Assembly: GCA_963755125.1 (NCBI GenBank)
Contig: CAVWIP010000010.1
Span: forward strand, 407,911-471,910
DNA from: an uncultured delta proteobacterium
GTDB lineage: Bacteria; Myxococcota_A; Polyangia; Fen-1088
Reading direction: 5' to 3'
DNA: 64,000 bases
In this document: positions 17,801-25,033 of the stretch, piece by piece
How positions within the stretch are numbered: position 1 is the stretch's first letter
How the letters are laid out: every line of letters starts with the position of its first letter
Position numbers and translations under genes: made by a program
The notes under the pieces: generated by a model
What the model was told of the DNA's origin: nothing
Seen by the model: the letters and a program-made list of their open reading frames with translations, nothing else
The model's database searches: none

Positions 17801-17968
17801 GGTAGCCGTGCCACCACCGGGCTGACTGGTCTGCCCGCCGCCGGACTGGCTGGTCTGCCCGGCGACTGGATTGCTACTACCGGTGCTTCCGCCGGAATTG
17901 CTCGAACAGGCGGCAGCAACTAGCGTCGCTGAGCAGAGGATGGTCAAAAGGACACGTTGTCTTTGCAT
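14873..17968 (-). CDS. Lipoprotein, GH2-like glycoside hydrolase
   Basis: Lipobox VAAAC, repeat linker, PHTYN, WYRKHF, KLWS...PNLY, GFRQ, RNNPS..YEAGN, GKVDAVRLPKE and HIIGHWTY. Confidence 0.85.
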   Translation of the reverse strand: MQRQRVLLTILCSATLVAAACSSNSGGSTGSSNPVAGQTSQSGGGQTSQPGGGTATGGHTSQPGAGSPAGGQTSQPGAGSPGGGQTSQPGAGSPGGGQTSQPGGGTVAGGQTSQPGAGNPGGGQSSQPGAGTVAGGGPAGGRAGSSASGGSPAGGSAGRASGGTVSGGSPTGGVATGGTPIGGINTGGSPVPPSEAEYSMDPGWMFIKQDVSGAQATTFTETGWTSVSTPHTYNDVDSYRVLIDHSGGDHGMYAGPAWYRKHFTVPATFAGNKFIVEFERVRESATFYINGTQVGTFSDGVSPVGIDITANVKADGTTDNVLAVAVDNGGGGEYWNANATYPDYGGLTGHVWLHVPGKIYQTYPLYQNLQTQGIYIYGTGYANITNNTAQGDTGDLTLNVESEVSNESGSAASATLNVKVVDAATGTTLTSFSGTATSLPTTGTTILTASGPLTGAKLWSDLYPNLYNVQTTITVGGTVVNGRSTLTGFRQVQFKGGAGTGGVYVNGRFVYLLGFAQRTTNSWAGLGQAVPDWMHDFHANLIRGANANYIRWMHVTTQIADLRSGDKYGIISIVPGADKEVTDPTDAQWTARMGVFQSSMIYVRNNPSAFMYEAGNGSVSDTQLQALQTLRNTLDPNGGRGVGDRDTPDVGAEPYADWYGTMVAYNGSPPTSAIFRGCSTGFRDKGPCIEEEDFRDESLRGIWDQYSPPHVGGFIPGPLDTYNETSEVFAIGDGTADDSGQVARLNDWLNVETIRNTDATNSFYAGYASIYFADENADGREDSSCVCRVGGKVDAVRLPKEIYYAFRVVGNTQPDIHIIGHWTYPAGTKKTMYVVANNVSSVDLLVNGTSQGKVTKTTNGYQYSWANVAFASGTVQAVGYDATGKQVCQHTLTTAGPAAAIKLTPYTAPGGFLANGADVAMFDVEVVDANGERVPTYGPTTKATDNTPVNEPKITFAVTGPGTWRGGVNESMTNSTNNLYLYTEGGINRVFIRSQMTPGTITLTATSPGLTQATATVTSVAVPVVNGLLAQ
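17564..17860 (-). repeat. Intragenic 39-bp tandem repeat (GQTSQPGAGSPGG-type, about 7 full units plus 1 partial)
   Basis: Recurring GCCGGGCTGACTGGTCTGCCCGCC at a period of 39 on the + strand. Confidence 0.92.
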
Positions 17969-18252
17969 GAAGAACTCCTTCTAGGTGTTAAGGGGGAGCA
18001 AAGGACTAAAAAGGGTCATTGGGGGCCATCCCAAAGGGGACCGCTGGCCGAAATTGGGAAGCAGAGCGGGCGAAATCCGCTTAAGTTCCTGAAATCATGT
18101 GGTCGAAGCTCGTAGGTCTGCGCGGCAAATAGGCCCGCGGACTCCGTTAGCGTGCAGAAATTCATCGCCGCTCTCATGCGGCCGCACGGCCGTACGATGA
18201 AAGCGCTCGGTTAGACGGTGCTCGACGAATTCCTTTCAAGAAGCTCATCCTC

Positions 18253-18328
18253 GCGAATGCATGCGCGAAGCGCGCGGGTGAGTAGGAAGCGGGCTGTCCC
18301 GACGTCCCCTCGTGGGGAGCCTGGCGAG
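18253..18328. repeat. Degenerate copy of the palindromic repeat (inner module plus start of the outer module)
   Basis: GCGCGAAGCGCGCGGGTGAGTAGGAAGCGGGCTGTCCCGACGTCCCC aligns to the reverse complement of about 3765-3815. CGTGGGGAGCC(T)GGCGAG matches 58640-58656. Confidence 0.7.
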
Positions 18329-18456
18329 AAATACCCCAGGCGTGGCTAGGCGATTACCCAGCACGCGTGTTCCCTGGCCGATGCTGAACTGGCTGCGGAA
18401 GACGCCAGGATCTTCAGCGTTGGACGCCCGAAGACATTACCTCGGGGCATCACTCA

Positions 18457-19164
18457 TCAGTGAACACTTGAACAGGTACACCGGATGTCCACATAGGGAT
18501 CCATATCCCCGTGTGTGGCGTCGTCGCAGTTCCAAAGACAAATGGCATCCTCACACGTTGAGTTGGGGTTTACGTCGAGTCCGGCGGGCGACCACTGGTT
18601 CAAAGGGGAGTTTGGCTTCGCGCAAACGAAGTCAGCGGACGAGGAGAAGCTTGGATCAGTCGCGACGCAAACCATCATCGCTGTGTACTGTCGTCCCAAA
18701 TCCGGATTGACAGCGGAAGTATTGTTGAAGGTAGTCGTGCAGTTCGACACGCACACATCTTGCGTGGTGGAGCAACCCTGCAAATTATAAGCAAGGGCGC
18801 AATTATGTGCACAAGCTTGGGCCAATCCCATTGTAGACGTTCCGGTTGCCCCAGCGGCCGAAGTACCACCAGATGAGGTTGTGCCTCCGGTCGTTGCCGA
18901 ACCGCCTGTGGCGGAAGCACTGCCCGTAACACTAGTGCCACCAGTCGCCGTGGCGCCGCCGGCCGTCGCGCTTGTCCCGCCGGTTGCCGAGGCGCCCCCA
19001 GCCGCAGTCGTTCCGCCAGCCGCAGTCGTTCCACCCGTAGAGGCGCTGCTGGCAGTACCAGTGGTGCCGCCCTTGGCCTCTGTCGAGTTGCCGCTGCCGC
19101 AGGCCAAGACACAAGAAGCTACGCCCAATACTAGAACCAGTGATCCAACGTTATTTTTCATCAT
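18457..19164 (-). CDS. Lipoprotein with G/T/A linker and a 12-Cys C-terminal domain, function unknown
   Basis: MMKNN...CVLAC lipobox, GGTTA repeats and CxxxC pairs. Confidence 0.8.
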   Translation of the reverse strand: MMKNNVGSLVLVLGVASCVLACGSGNSTEAKGGTTGTASSASTGGTTAAGGTTAAGGASATGGTSATAGGATATGGTSVTGSASATGGSATTGGTTSSGGTSAAGATGTSTMGLAQACAHNCALAYNLQGCSTTQDVCVSNCTTTFNNTSAVNPDLGRQYTAMMVCVATDPSFSSSADFVCAKPNSPLNQWSPAGLDVNPNSTCEDAICLWNCDDATHGDMDPYVDIRCTCSSVH

Positions 19165-19340
19165 GGAATCCCTCACTGAAAACGAAAGTAGCCGAGCATG
19201 GTGCTTGTCGCAAGAGACTTCTTCGCCGTCTGACCTCGACGGGGTTGAACGGCCGCAAGAACTCATTGTTGTGGATAAGGGGCTGCCATCCGGTAAGACG
19301 GGTCAACGGCGGTCGAAAAAAAAGAGAGGTAGGGCGACGT

Positions 19341-20444
19341 CTATAACGCGAAACCGAATCGCACGGCGGCAAAAGGCCGCCAACGCCAGGGTGTCCACAA
19401 GACGCCGGCTCCGTCGGATCGGTCCACGAGGTACCGGGTGGCCAGGAGGTCAAAATCCACGCCAACGCGTAGGGAGACAACCACGACACCAAAGGTCTGC
19501 TCGAGCGTGGCCATGGCGAGAACCAGGGGATCGGTCGCCCATGAGGCCGGCCGTGCACCGGTTCCGTTGGGTGTCACATGCGTTGCGTCTACCCCGGCTC
19601 CCAGCCCAAACGATGCTGAGAGACCTGAAGTGATGGCGGTTGGAAAGGCCACAGACATCCGAATTCCAGATGAGAGGAAGCGCAAGTCCACCTCGTCGCG
19701 GGTGACGGTCCGAGGAAACTGCTGGAGCAGGTTCACACCCAGTCGAAGCCGAGGCCAGCGCCGTTCCGCACCCAGTTCCGGACCATTCGCGACGGAATCG
19801 GCCGAAAGCATGGTGGCAGAGTAGCCGGCCATGATCGCCCATCTGGGCCGCGGGCTTGTCGCTGGCGGTGACGGTGGTGGGGGCGGGGGCGGTGACGGTG
19901 GCGGTGGCGGTGATGTCACCGGGGCTGGCGCCAGGGAGCGCTCGAACTCGTCGCGGCTGACGCCCAGGGCGCGCCCCTTCAAGATGGCCTCCACAGAGCT
20001 GTCCACCACCAGGCGAATCAACTCTAGCTCGACCACGTCCGGATCCGGGTGAACCGCCAGCGGGCGCACATAGACGAGCCCGCTTCGCACATCTAGGAGA
20101 TACATCGCGGGTGGGCCTGCGGTCAGGTCCAGCCACAGGTGCGCGACGGGTCCGGTGGGAGAGCGATCGAGGGGGCAGCGGGCGACGTCGAGCGGATCGA
20201 TCCGGTCCGCGCTGACTGCGACGAGGTCCACGCCCTGGCGGTCGAGGGTACTGCGAAGCACGGCGAGAACTCTGTCGCTGGCTGTCGGATCGCCAGCCAG
20301 CACCGCATTGATATGCTCCCGCTCCTGCGCTGCCCCGGCTCGCGGCAGCGCAGCGACTGCGCCGACCAGCAGAAAGAGCAAGCCGACCCGCTCGGGACGT
20401 GCGGGGCTTGGCGCAGTCGCAACGCCGTTTTTCCGACCGCTCAC
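19341..20444 (-). CDS. Exported protein with Pro-rich linker and probable C-terminal beta-barrel
   Basis: Hydrophobic signal ending AGAAQE, poly-Pro stretch, alternating beta-strand pattern ending VRFGFAL. Start uncertain (GTG at 20444). Confidence 0.65.
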   Translation of the reverse strand: MSGRKNGVATAPSPARPERVGLLFLLVGAVAALPRAGAAQEREHINAVLAGDPTASDRVLAVLRSTLDRQGVDLVAVSADRIDPLDVARCPLDRSPTGPVAHLWLDLTAGPPAMYLLDVRSGLVYVRPLAVHPDPDVVELELIRLVVDSSVEAILKGRALGVSRDEFERSLAPAPVTSPPPPPSPPPPPPPSPPATSPRPRWAIMAGYSATMLSADSVANGPELGAERRWPRLRLGVNLLQQFPRTVTRDEVDLRFLSSGIRMSVAFPTAITSGLSASFGLGAGVDATHVTPNGTGARPASWATDPLVLAMATLEQTFGVVVVSLRVGVDFDLLATRYLVDRSDGAGVLWTPWRWRPFAAVRFGFAL

Positions 20445-20457
20445 GCCCAGACCACGC

Positions 20458-21354
20458 TCAGCGAGAATGCTCGATGCCAGGGACCGCTTCCTGCGAGCGG
20501 CGGATCTGGGACAAGCGCTCTTTGGCCTGGCTGGCGTAGACGGTTCCGGGGTGGGAATCGAGCAACCTCTGCCAGGTTTCGCGCTCGGCGGGAAGGCGCC
20601 CCATCTGTCCCAGCGCCGTCGCGCGGCCAGCCAGGGCTTCTTCCGAGGCCTCTCCCCCATTTGCCAGGTGCTGATCAAATTGAACGAGGGCCTGGGCAGG
20701 GCGCCCGCGGTCGAGCAGCATGCGGCCAGCCACGGCGTACGAGATCCGACTCTCGCGCGTCTTGGGGAAAAGCTGCTGCAGTTTGCGAAAAACCGCGATG
20801 GCTTCGTCCACCCGGTTGCGGTCGCGTAAGCTGGATGCCTGCTCGAACAGCGAGGCGGCGCTGGGCTGCACGCGCGGCGCCCGGGGAAGACTGGGGCGTT
20901 CGTCCATGATTTCAGCCGGCAATGACGAGGGCGATTCCGACACAGCCATCGCCAGCTGCGCGGGCGTCCGCTTGGCAGGTCGTCCCACAGTGACAAGCAC
21001 CGGCTCGCGAGCGGAATCTTGCCTGGGCCACAGCGCCGCGCTCGCCACACCACCCACAGCCAGCAACAGTCCGGCGGTTGCCAACACCCAATGTCTTCGG
21101 CCGGGCGAAAAAACCGCCCATGGCCAGCGCGCGCGGCCGAACTGAGCCAACGCCTGATCCACGGCCAGGCCGTTCAAACGGCTGCCCCAGGGCTGCGGCA
21201 CACAGGCCTCTTGCGCCGAGCGAACCAGAGCCAGATGAGCCTCGCATGCGCTGCAGGTAGCGAGGTGCTGAGCCAGTGCCCGCTGTTCGCTCTCGGATAT
21301 CTCGCCCTTGAGGGCCCGGTCGATGGCCTCCTCGGGATGCAGGTCGAGATTCAT
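20458..21354 (-). CDS. Anti-sigma factor: zf-HC2 (ZAS), TM segment and periplasmic TPR
   Basis: HLATCSAC (HxxxCxxC), TM VLATAGLLLAVGGVASAALW, TPR helices; ATGA overlap with the sigma gene. Confidence 0.85.
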   Translation of the reverse strand: MNLDLHPEEAIDRALKGEISESEQRALAQHLATCSACEAHLALVRSAQEACVPQPWGSRLNGLAVDQALAQFGRARWPWAVFSPGRRHWVLATAGLLLAVGGVASAALWPRQDSAREPVLVTVGRPAKRTPAQLAMAVSESPSSLPAEIMDERPSLPRAPRVQPSAASLFEQASSLRDRNRVDEAIAVFRKLQQLFPKTRESRISYAVAGRMLLDRGRPAQALVQFDQHLANGGEASEEALAGRATALGQMGRLPAERETWQRLLDSHPGTVYASQAKERLSQIRRSQEAVPGIEHSR

Positions 21355-21968
21355 GCTCGGCCTTTCCAACCGCCAGCTTCCCCGTCGAGCCGACGGCGCA
21401 GGTAGTCCTTGGCCAAACGCAGGCGGCTTTTGGTCGTGTTGACCGGAACCTGTGTGGCCACGGCAATCTCTTCCACCGAGCAACCCAGAACCATGCGCAT
21501 GAGAACAGTCTCGGCCTGCACAGCCGACAGCTCGTCGATCAGCGCGCGTACCAGCCACAGGTTGGGAAAAGCGTCATCCCCCTCGGCCAAGTTCGGGACG
21601 AAAGTCTGCTCGGCGAGGGTGCGCAGCCGCTGCTCTCGGCTTCGTGCGCGCTTGCGCGCGGCGATGGACGCCCGCAGCGCGATGCGGTTGGTGTAGTGGA
21701 CGATCGCGCCCTCGACGCGGTACTTGGGCAGGGCGCGCAGGATCTCTATCAGGCATTCCTGGACCGTATCCTCCAAGTCGACGTGGCCAGCCCCCAATAC
21801 GCCGCGACAGACGTTTCGCACCGAGGGTGCGATGGCTTCCAAGAACGTGCGCATGGCTCCGGGGTCGCGCGACCGGGCCGCCAACGCCAGCGCGGTCGGA
21901 TCGGACTCGTCCCTCTCGGACGCGTGCACCTCGGCGGCGAATCGCACTGTGCTTCCCGCAAAGGGCAT
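21351..21968 (-). CDS. ECF RNA polymerase sigma factor
   Basis: Region 2 EDTVQECLIEI; region 4 SVEEIA...PVNTTKSRLRLA. Confidence 0.9.
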   Translation of the reverse strand: MPFAGSTVRFAAEVHASERDESDPTALALAARSRDPGAMRTFLEAIAPSVRNVCRGVLGAGHVDLEDTVQECLIEILRALPKYRVEGAIVHYTNRIALRASIAARKRARSREQRLRTLAEQTFVPNLAEGDDAFPNLWLVRALIDELSAVQAETVLMRMVLGCSVEEIAVATQVPVNTTKSRLRLAKDYLRRRLDGEAGGWKGRA

Positions 21969-21973
21969 ACCCA

Positions 21974-22004
21974 ATTGTAGCGCCGAAAGATGCGAGATTG
22001 TCAA
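21974..22004 (-). promoter_or_regulatory. Sigma70-like promoter for a leaderless ECF transcript
   Basis: TTGACA (22004-21999)-N19-TACAAT (21979-21974)-N5-ATG (21968); no SD. Confidence 0.55.
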
Positions 22005-22023
22005 CCTATTGGTCGGGTGAACC

Positions 22024-22905
22024 TCACCGCCATGCTTCATAGATGAAGCCGGGCTCGCCGACAGCCTCCCTGCTGAAGAGAATATGGGCCCCGTCCTGAG
22101 ACACCCAGGGATAGCGCTCCGAGACACTCGTGTTGAGAGAGTCCAAGGGAATCGGCGTGCCGGAAAAAGGCGTGGCCAGGTCGGGTCGGCTGACTTCGAC
22201 GAGATCCCAGGTTCTTCCGCTGGTGGGGGCTCGAGAGCTCCAGATGAGAGAAAGCGAATCGTGGAAGAGCGCGGGATCCGCGTCCGCCATGCCCGAGTTG
22301 ATGCCAGAGAGAGCCTGGACATTTCCCCAGGATTTAGTCGGGTCGGTACGGGACGCGGAGTAGAGGCTGAAGTCTTCAGTGCCCTGCGGCGCGGAGCAAA
22401 AAGTCATGAAGAGTCCGCTGGGATCCACGCTGGGTCCCCTGACGTCTAGGGTGGACGAGCTAAGCCCATCCACCAGCGTAAGGGTACCCCACGGCTGTCC
22501 CCTGGCTTTTCGCTGCGAGACGAAGGGTTGGTATCCCGCGCCCGCTCGGTCACTCGCAAAGTAGAGGGTGAGGCCATCACCGGACACCTCTGGATCCTGG
22601 TCGTTGCCAGAGCCCGTGATTTCTGTCACAATCGTGGCCGCGTTCCACGGTGCATCCCTTGTGGTCCGCGTGCTGGCCCAGATGTGGAAGTCCGACTCAC
22701 CCGCCTGTTGGCAGGAAAGATAGATCTCCAATTCATCGCTAGTGAGCGAGGGACCGCGGGCGCCGGTCGTGTCGCTGACCAAGCCCGTGACCAGCGTCGG
22801 CGCGGAAAAGGGAAGCCACTGGTCTGCCACCACCCGGTCTGCCTTCATGCAGCCCATCGTCCCGAGCAGTATTCCGGCCACGGTGCCGATCTGTCGGCCT
22901 GTCAT
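22024..22905 (-). CDS. Lipoprotein with PD40/TolB-like beta-propeller repeats
   Basis: GTMGC lipobox; PSLTSDELEIY, PEVSGDGLTLYFASDR and PWVSQDGAHILFS. Confidence 0.82.
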   Translation of the reverse strand: MTGRQIGTVAGILLGTMGCMKADRVVADQWLPFSAPTLVTGLVSDTTGARGPSLTSDELEIYLSCQQAGESDFHIWASTRTTRDAPWNAATIVTEITGSGNDQDPEVSGDGLTLYFASDRAGAGYQPFVSQRKARGQPWGTLTLVDGLSSSTLDVRGPSVDPSGLFMTFCSAPQGTEDFSLYSASRTDPTKSWGNVQALSGINSGMADADPALFHDSLSLIWSSRAPTSGRTWDLVEVSRPDLATPFSGTPIPLDSLNTSVSERYPWVSQDGAHILFSREAVGEPGFIYEAWR

Positions 22906-23081
22906 CCCGCACAGTATGACCTCGCTTTGCGAAGTATTGTAGCCCTCGCGCTCAGAAACCTGATAGGCCTGCCTTCGTCGTGGCCGACAGACATGCGTTT
23001 CGGCCGGAGGGCAACGGCGGTAGTCTTGCGAGATCGGCGGCATCCTGCCGCGCTCTCCAGCGGTCGCTCCACGCGGGAGTC

Positions 23082-24257
23082 TCACATCGCTGCCACGCGA
23101 CCCAGCAACCTTGCCACGCCTTCGGCGAATACCTGCTCGTCCACGATGAGACTGAGCACCAGGGTGGCGCCCATGCTCAAGTCGAAGAAGTAGCCCGGTT
23201 GCACCAAGACCCCGTCCTTCTCAACCAGTGTGCTGGCCCAGGCCTCGTCGCTCATGATTTCCGGCACACGCAAGATGGCGCACCAACCGGCCTCCGCGGG
23301 CAGCAGTGTGCAGGGCGAATGCGCGCCCAGAGCTTTGAGCAAAACCTGCCGGTTGCGCTGCACGCGTTCGAGAATCTGGCGACGGATAGCCGCACCGGCC
23401 TGCAACAGGCCAGGCAAGGCCATTTGCACCGGCGTCCCCACTGACAGGTACGTATCGGCGATCAGTTCCAGGCGCGCCAGCGCGTCGCGGACCAAGGAGA
23501 CTGGCCCGGTGGCCGCAATCCAGCCCAACTTGAGGTGAGGCAACCCGCACGACTTGGACAGTCCGCCCAGCGAGAACACCAGCGCGGGTGAGGGCTGGCC
23601 CGCAGCCGCAGTGACCGCGCCGGCAGACGGCGCGAGCGGGAAGTCGGCAAATACCTCGTCGACAATCAGCGCTCGACCGTGCTCGGCCACTAGCCCGGCA
23701 AGACGATGGAAATCGTCGCTGGAAACGAAGGAACCGGTGGGATTGTTGGGGCTGACCAAAATGATGGCAGCACCGTTGGTGAAATCCAGGCTGTCGAAGT
23801 CGATGTGCCAGCGCCCATCGAAGCGCAGCCGGTAGGGCCGCGGGTTGAGGCTCTCGAGACGGGCCAGGTACTCGAACAGTGGATAGCTCGGCTCGGGGCA
23901 CAGCACGCTCTGGCCTGGATCGCCGAGCAACTTGAAAAGCAGAGCGTACGATTCGCTGGAGCTGGCGGTGAGAGCCACTTGACTGACGTCCAACCCGACC
24001 CCGCGACGGGCGTAGTCCGCCGCCACGGCCGCGCGCGCGCCGGGCAAACCGAGGGGCGCAGGCTGATAGGGGCTGCCTGCAACTTCGGCAAAGGCCCGCG
24101 TGATCTCCTCATCGGGGTAGCGCAGACCCACGTGCGTGGGGTTGCTGACAGTCAAATCCAAGAGGGGCCGGCCCGCGGCGCGGGCCGCCGACTCGGCGCG
24201 AGCCAGGGCGTTTTCTGCCGTGGCCCAGTCAAGGCGTCGGGAAAACAGGCGCTGCAT
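23082..24257 (-). CDS. PLP-dependent aminotransferase class I/II
   Basis: PSYP, SPNNPTG, DEVF and GLSKS (PLP Lys). Confidence 0.9.
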   Translation of the reverse strand: MQRLFSRRLDWATAENALARAESAARAAGRPLLDLTVSNPTHVGLRYPDEEITRAFAEVAGSPYQPAPLGLPGARAAVAADYARRGVGLDVSQVALTASSSESYALLFKLLGDPGQSVLCPEPSYPLFEYLARLESLNPRPYRLRFDGRWHIDFDSLDFTNGAAIILVSPNNPTGSFVSSDDFHRLAGLVAEHGRALIVDEVFADFPLAPSAGAVTAAAGQPSPALVFSLGGLSKSCGLPHLKLGWIAATGPVSLVRDALARLELIADTYLSVGTPVQMALPGLLQAGAAIRRQILERVQRNRQVLLKALGAHSPCTLLPAEAGWCAILRVPEIMSDEAWASTLVEKDGVLVQPGYFFDLSMGATLVLSLIVDEQVFAEGVARLLGRVAAM

Positions 24258-24268
24258 GCGCTCGCCCC

Positions 24269-25033
24269 CTACAGCCGGCCCACGTCTTCCGCGCGCAGCC
24301 AGCCTTCCAGCCCATTGGCCAGCCGCACGCGCACCCACTCCTGATCGCGGTCCAACACGCGCACGCGCAAACCGGCATGCACCTCAAAGCTGGTGCGATA
24401 GCTGGTGTCAGCGCCTTCCTTGACGGCCACCATGTCCGGCAAGACGATGGCAAAGGGGATGCGGTCCAGGTTCACGCGTCCCAGCAACAGCGCACCCGCC
24501 AGCAACGCACCCGTGCCCAAGATGGCAGCTCCCGCGGTCAGTGCCGCGCGTGAGTCGTCAGCCGCGCGCCGACGCAGAAACAAGAGGACGAAGCAGCCCA
24601 GGTACACCCCGACAAAGAGCCAGGTCTCGGTCGATGCGGTGAAGGAGGTGACGACGCGAATCCACAGAGGTTCGCGCTCCGCGCTTTCGATCTTGTCGAG
24701 CACACGGCGTTCAGCCAGCTTGCGCGCTTGGCCCAGATTGAAACGCGCATCCTCGTCGTCCGCATCGATTTCCAGCGCGCGCTCGAACGACCAGATGGCG
24801 CGACCCAGGCTGCCCTGGCGAAAATGGGCGACGCCCAGGTTGTAGTAGAGATCGCGCGAGGCCACGTTCTGCCGGTCCAGTTGTTCGTAGGCGGCGATGG
24901 CGCCGGCCAGATCGCCGTGCAGATAGGCATCGTTGCCTCGCTTCCACGCCGCGTCAAGCAGATCAGCACGCACTCCCCGCGCGGAAAGCAGCAACACGAG
25001 CGCCAGCAGCAGAATCGCCGTGCGTCGGATCAC
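24269..25033 (-). CDS. BatE-like TPR, TM and SH3 protein
   Basis: YYNLGVAHF..G.LGRAI...ERAL, DARFNL, two TMs, and a C-terminal WVRVRLANGLEGW. Confidence 0.85.
   Translation of the reverse strand: MIRRTAILLLALVLLLSARGVRADLLDAAWKRGNDAYLHGDLAGAIAAYEQLDRQNVASRDLYYNLGVAHFRQGSLGRAIWSFERALEIDADDEDARFNLGQARKLAERRVLDKIESAEREPLWIRVVTSFTASTETWLFVGVYLGCFVLLFLRRRAADDSRAALTAGAAILGTGALLAGALLLGRVNLDRIPFAIVLPDMVAVKEGADTSYRTSFEVHAGLRVRVLDRDQEWVRVRLANGLEGWLRAEDVGRL

Noticed and set aside
17564..17860. Regularly spaced repeats resembling a CRISPR array
   Set aside because: In-frame coding tandem repeats with a period of 39, near-identical short spacers, and no cas genes.
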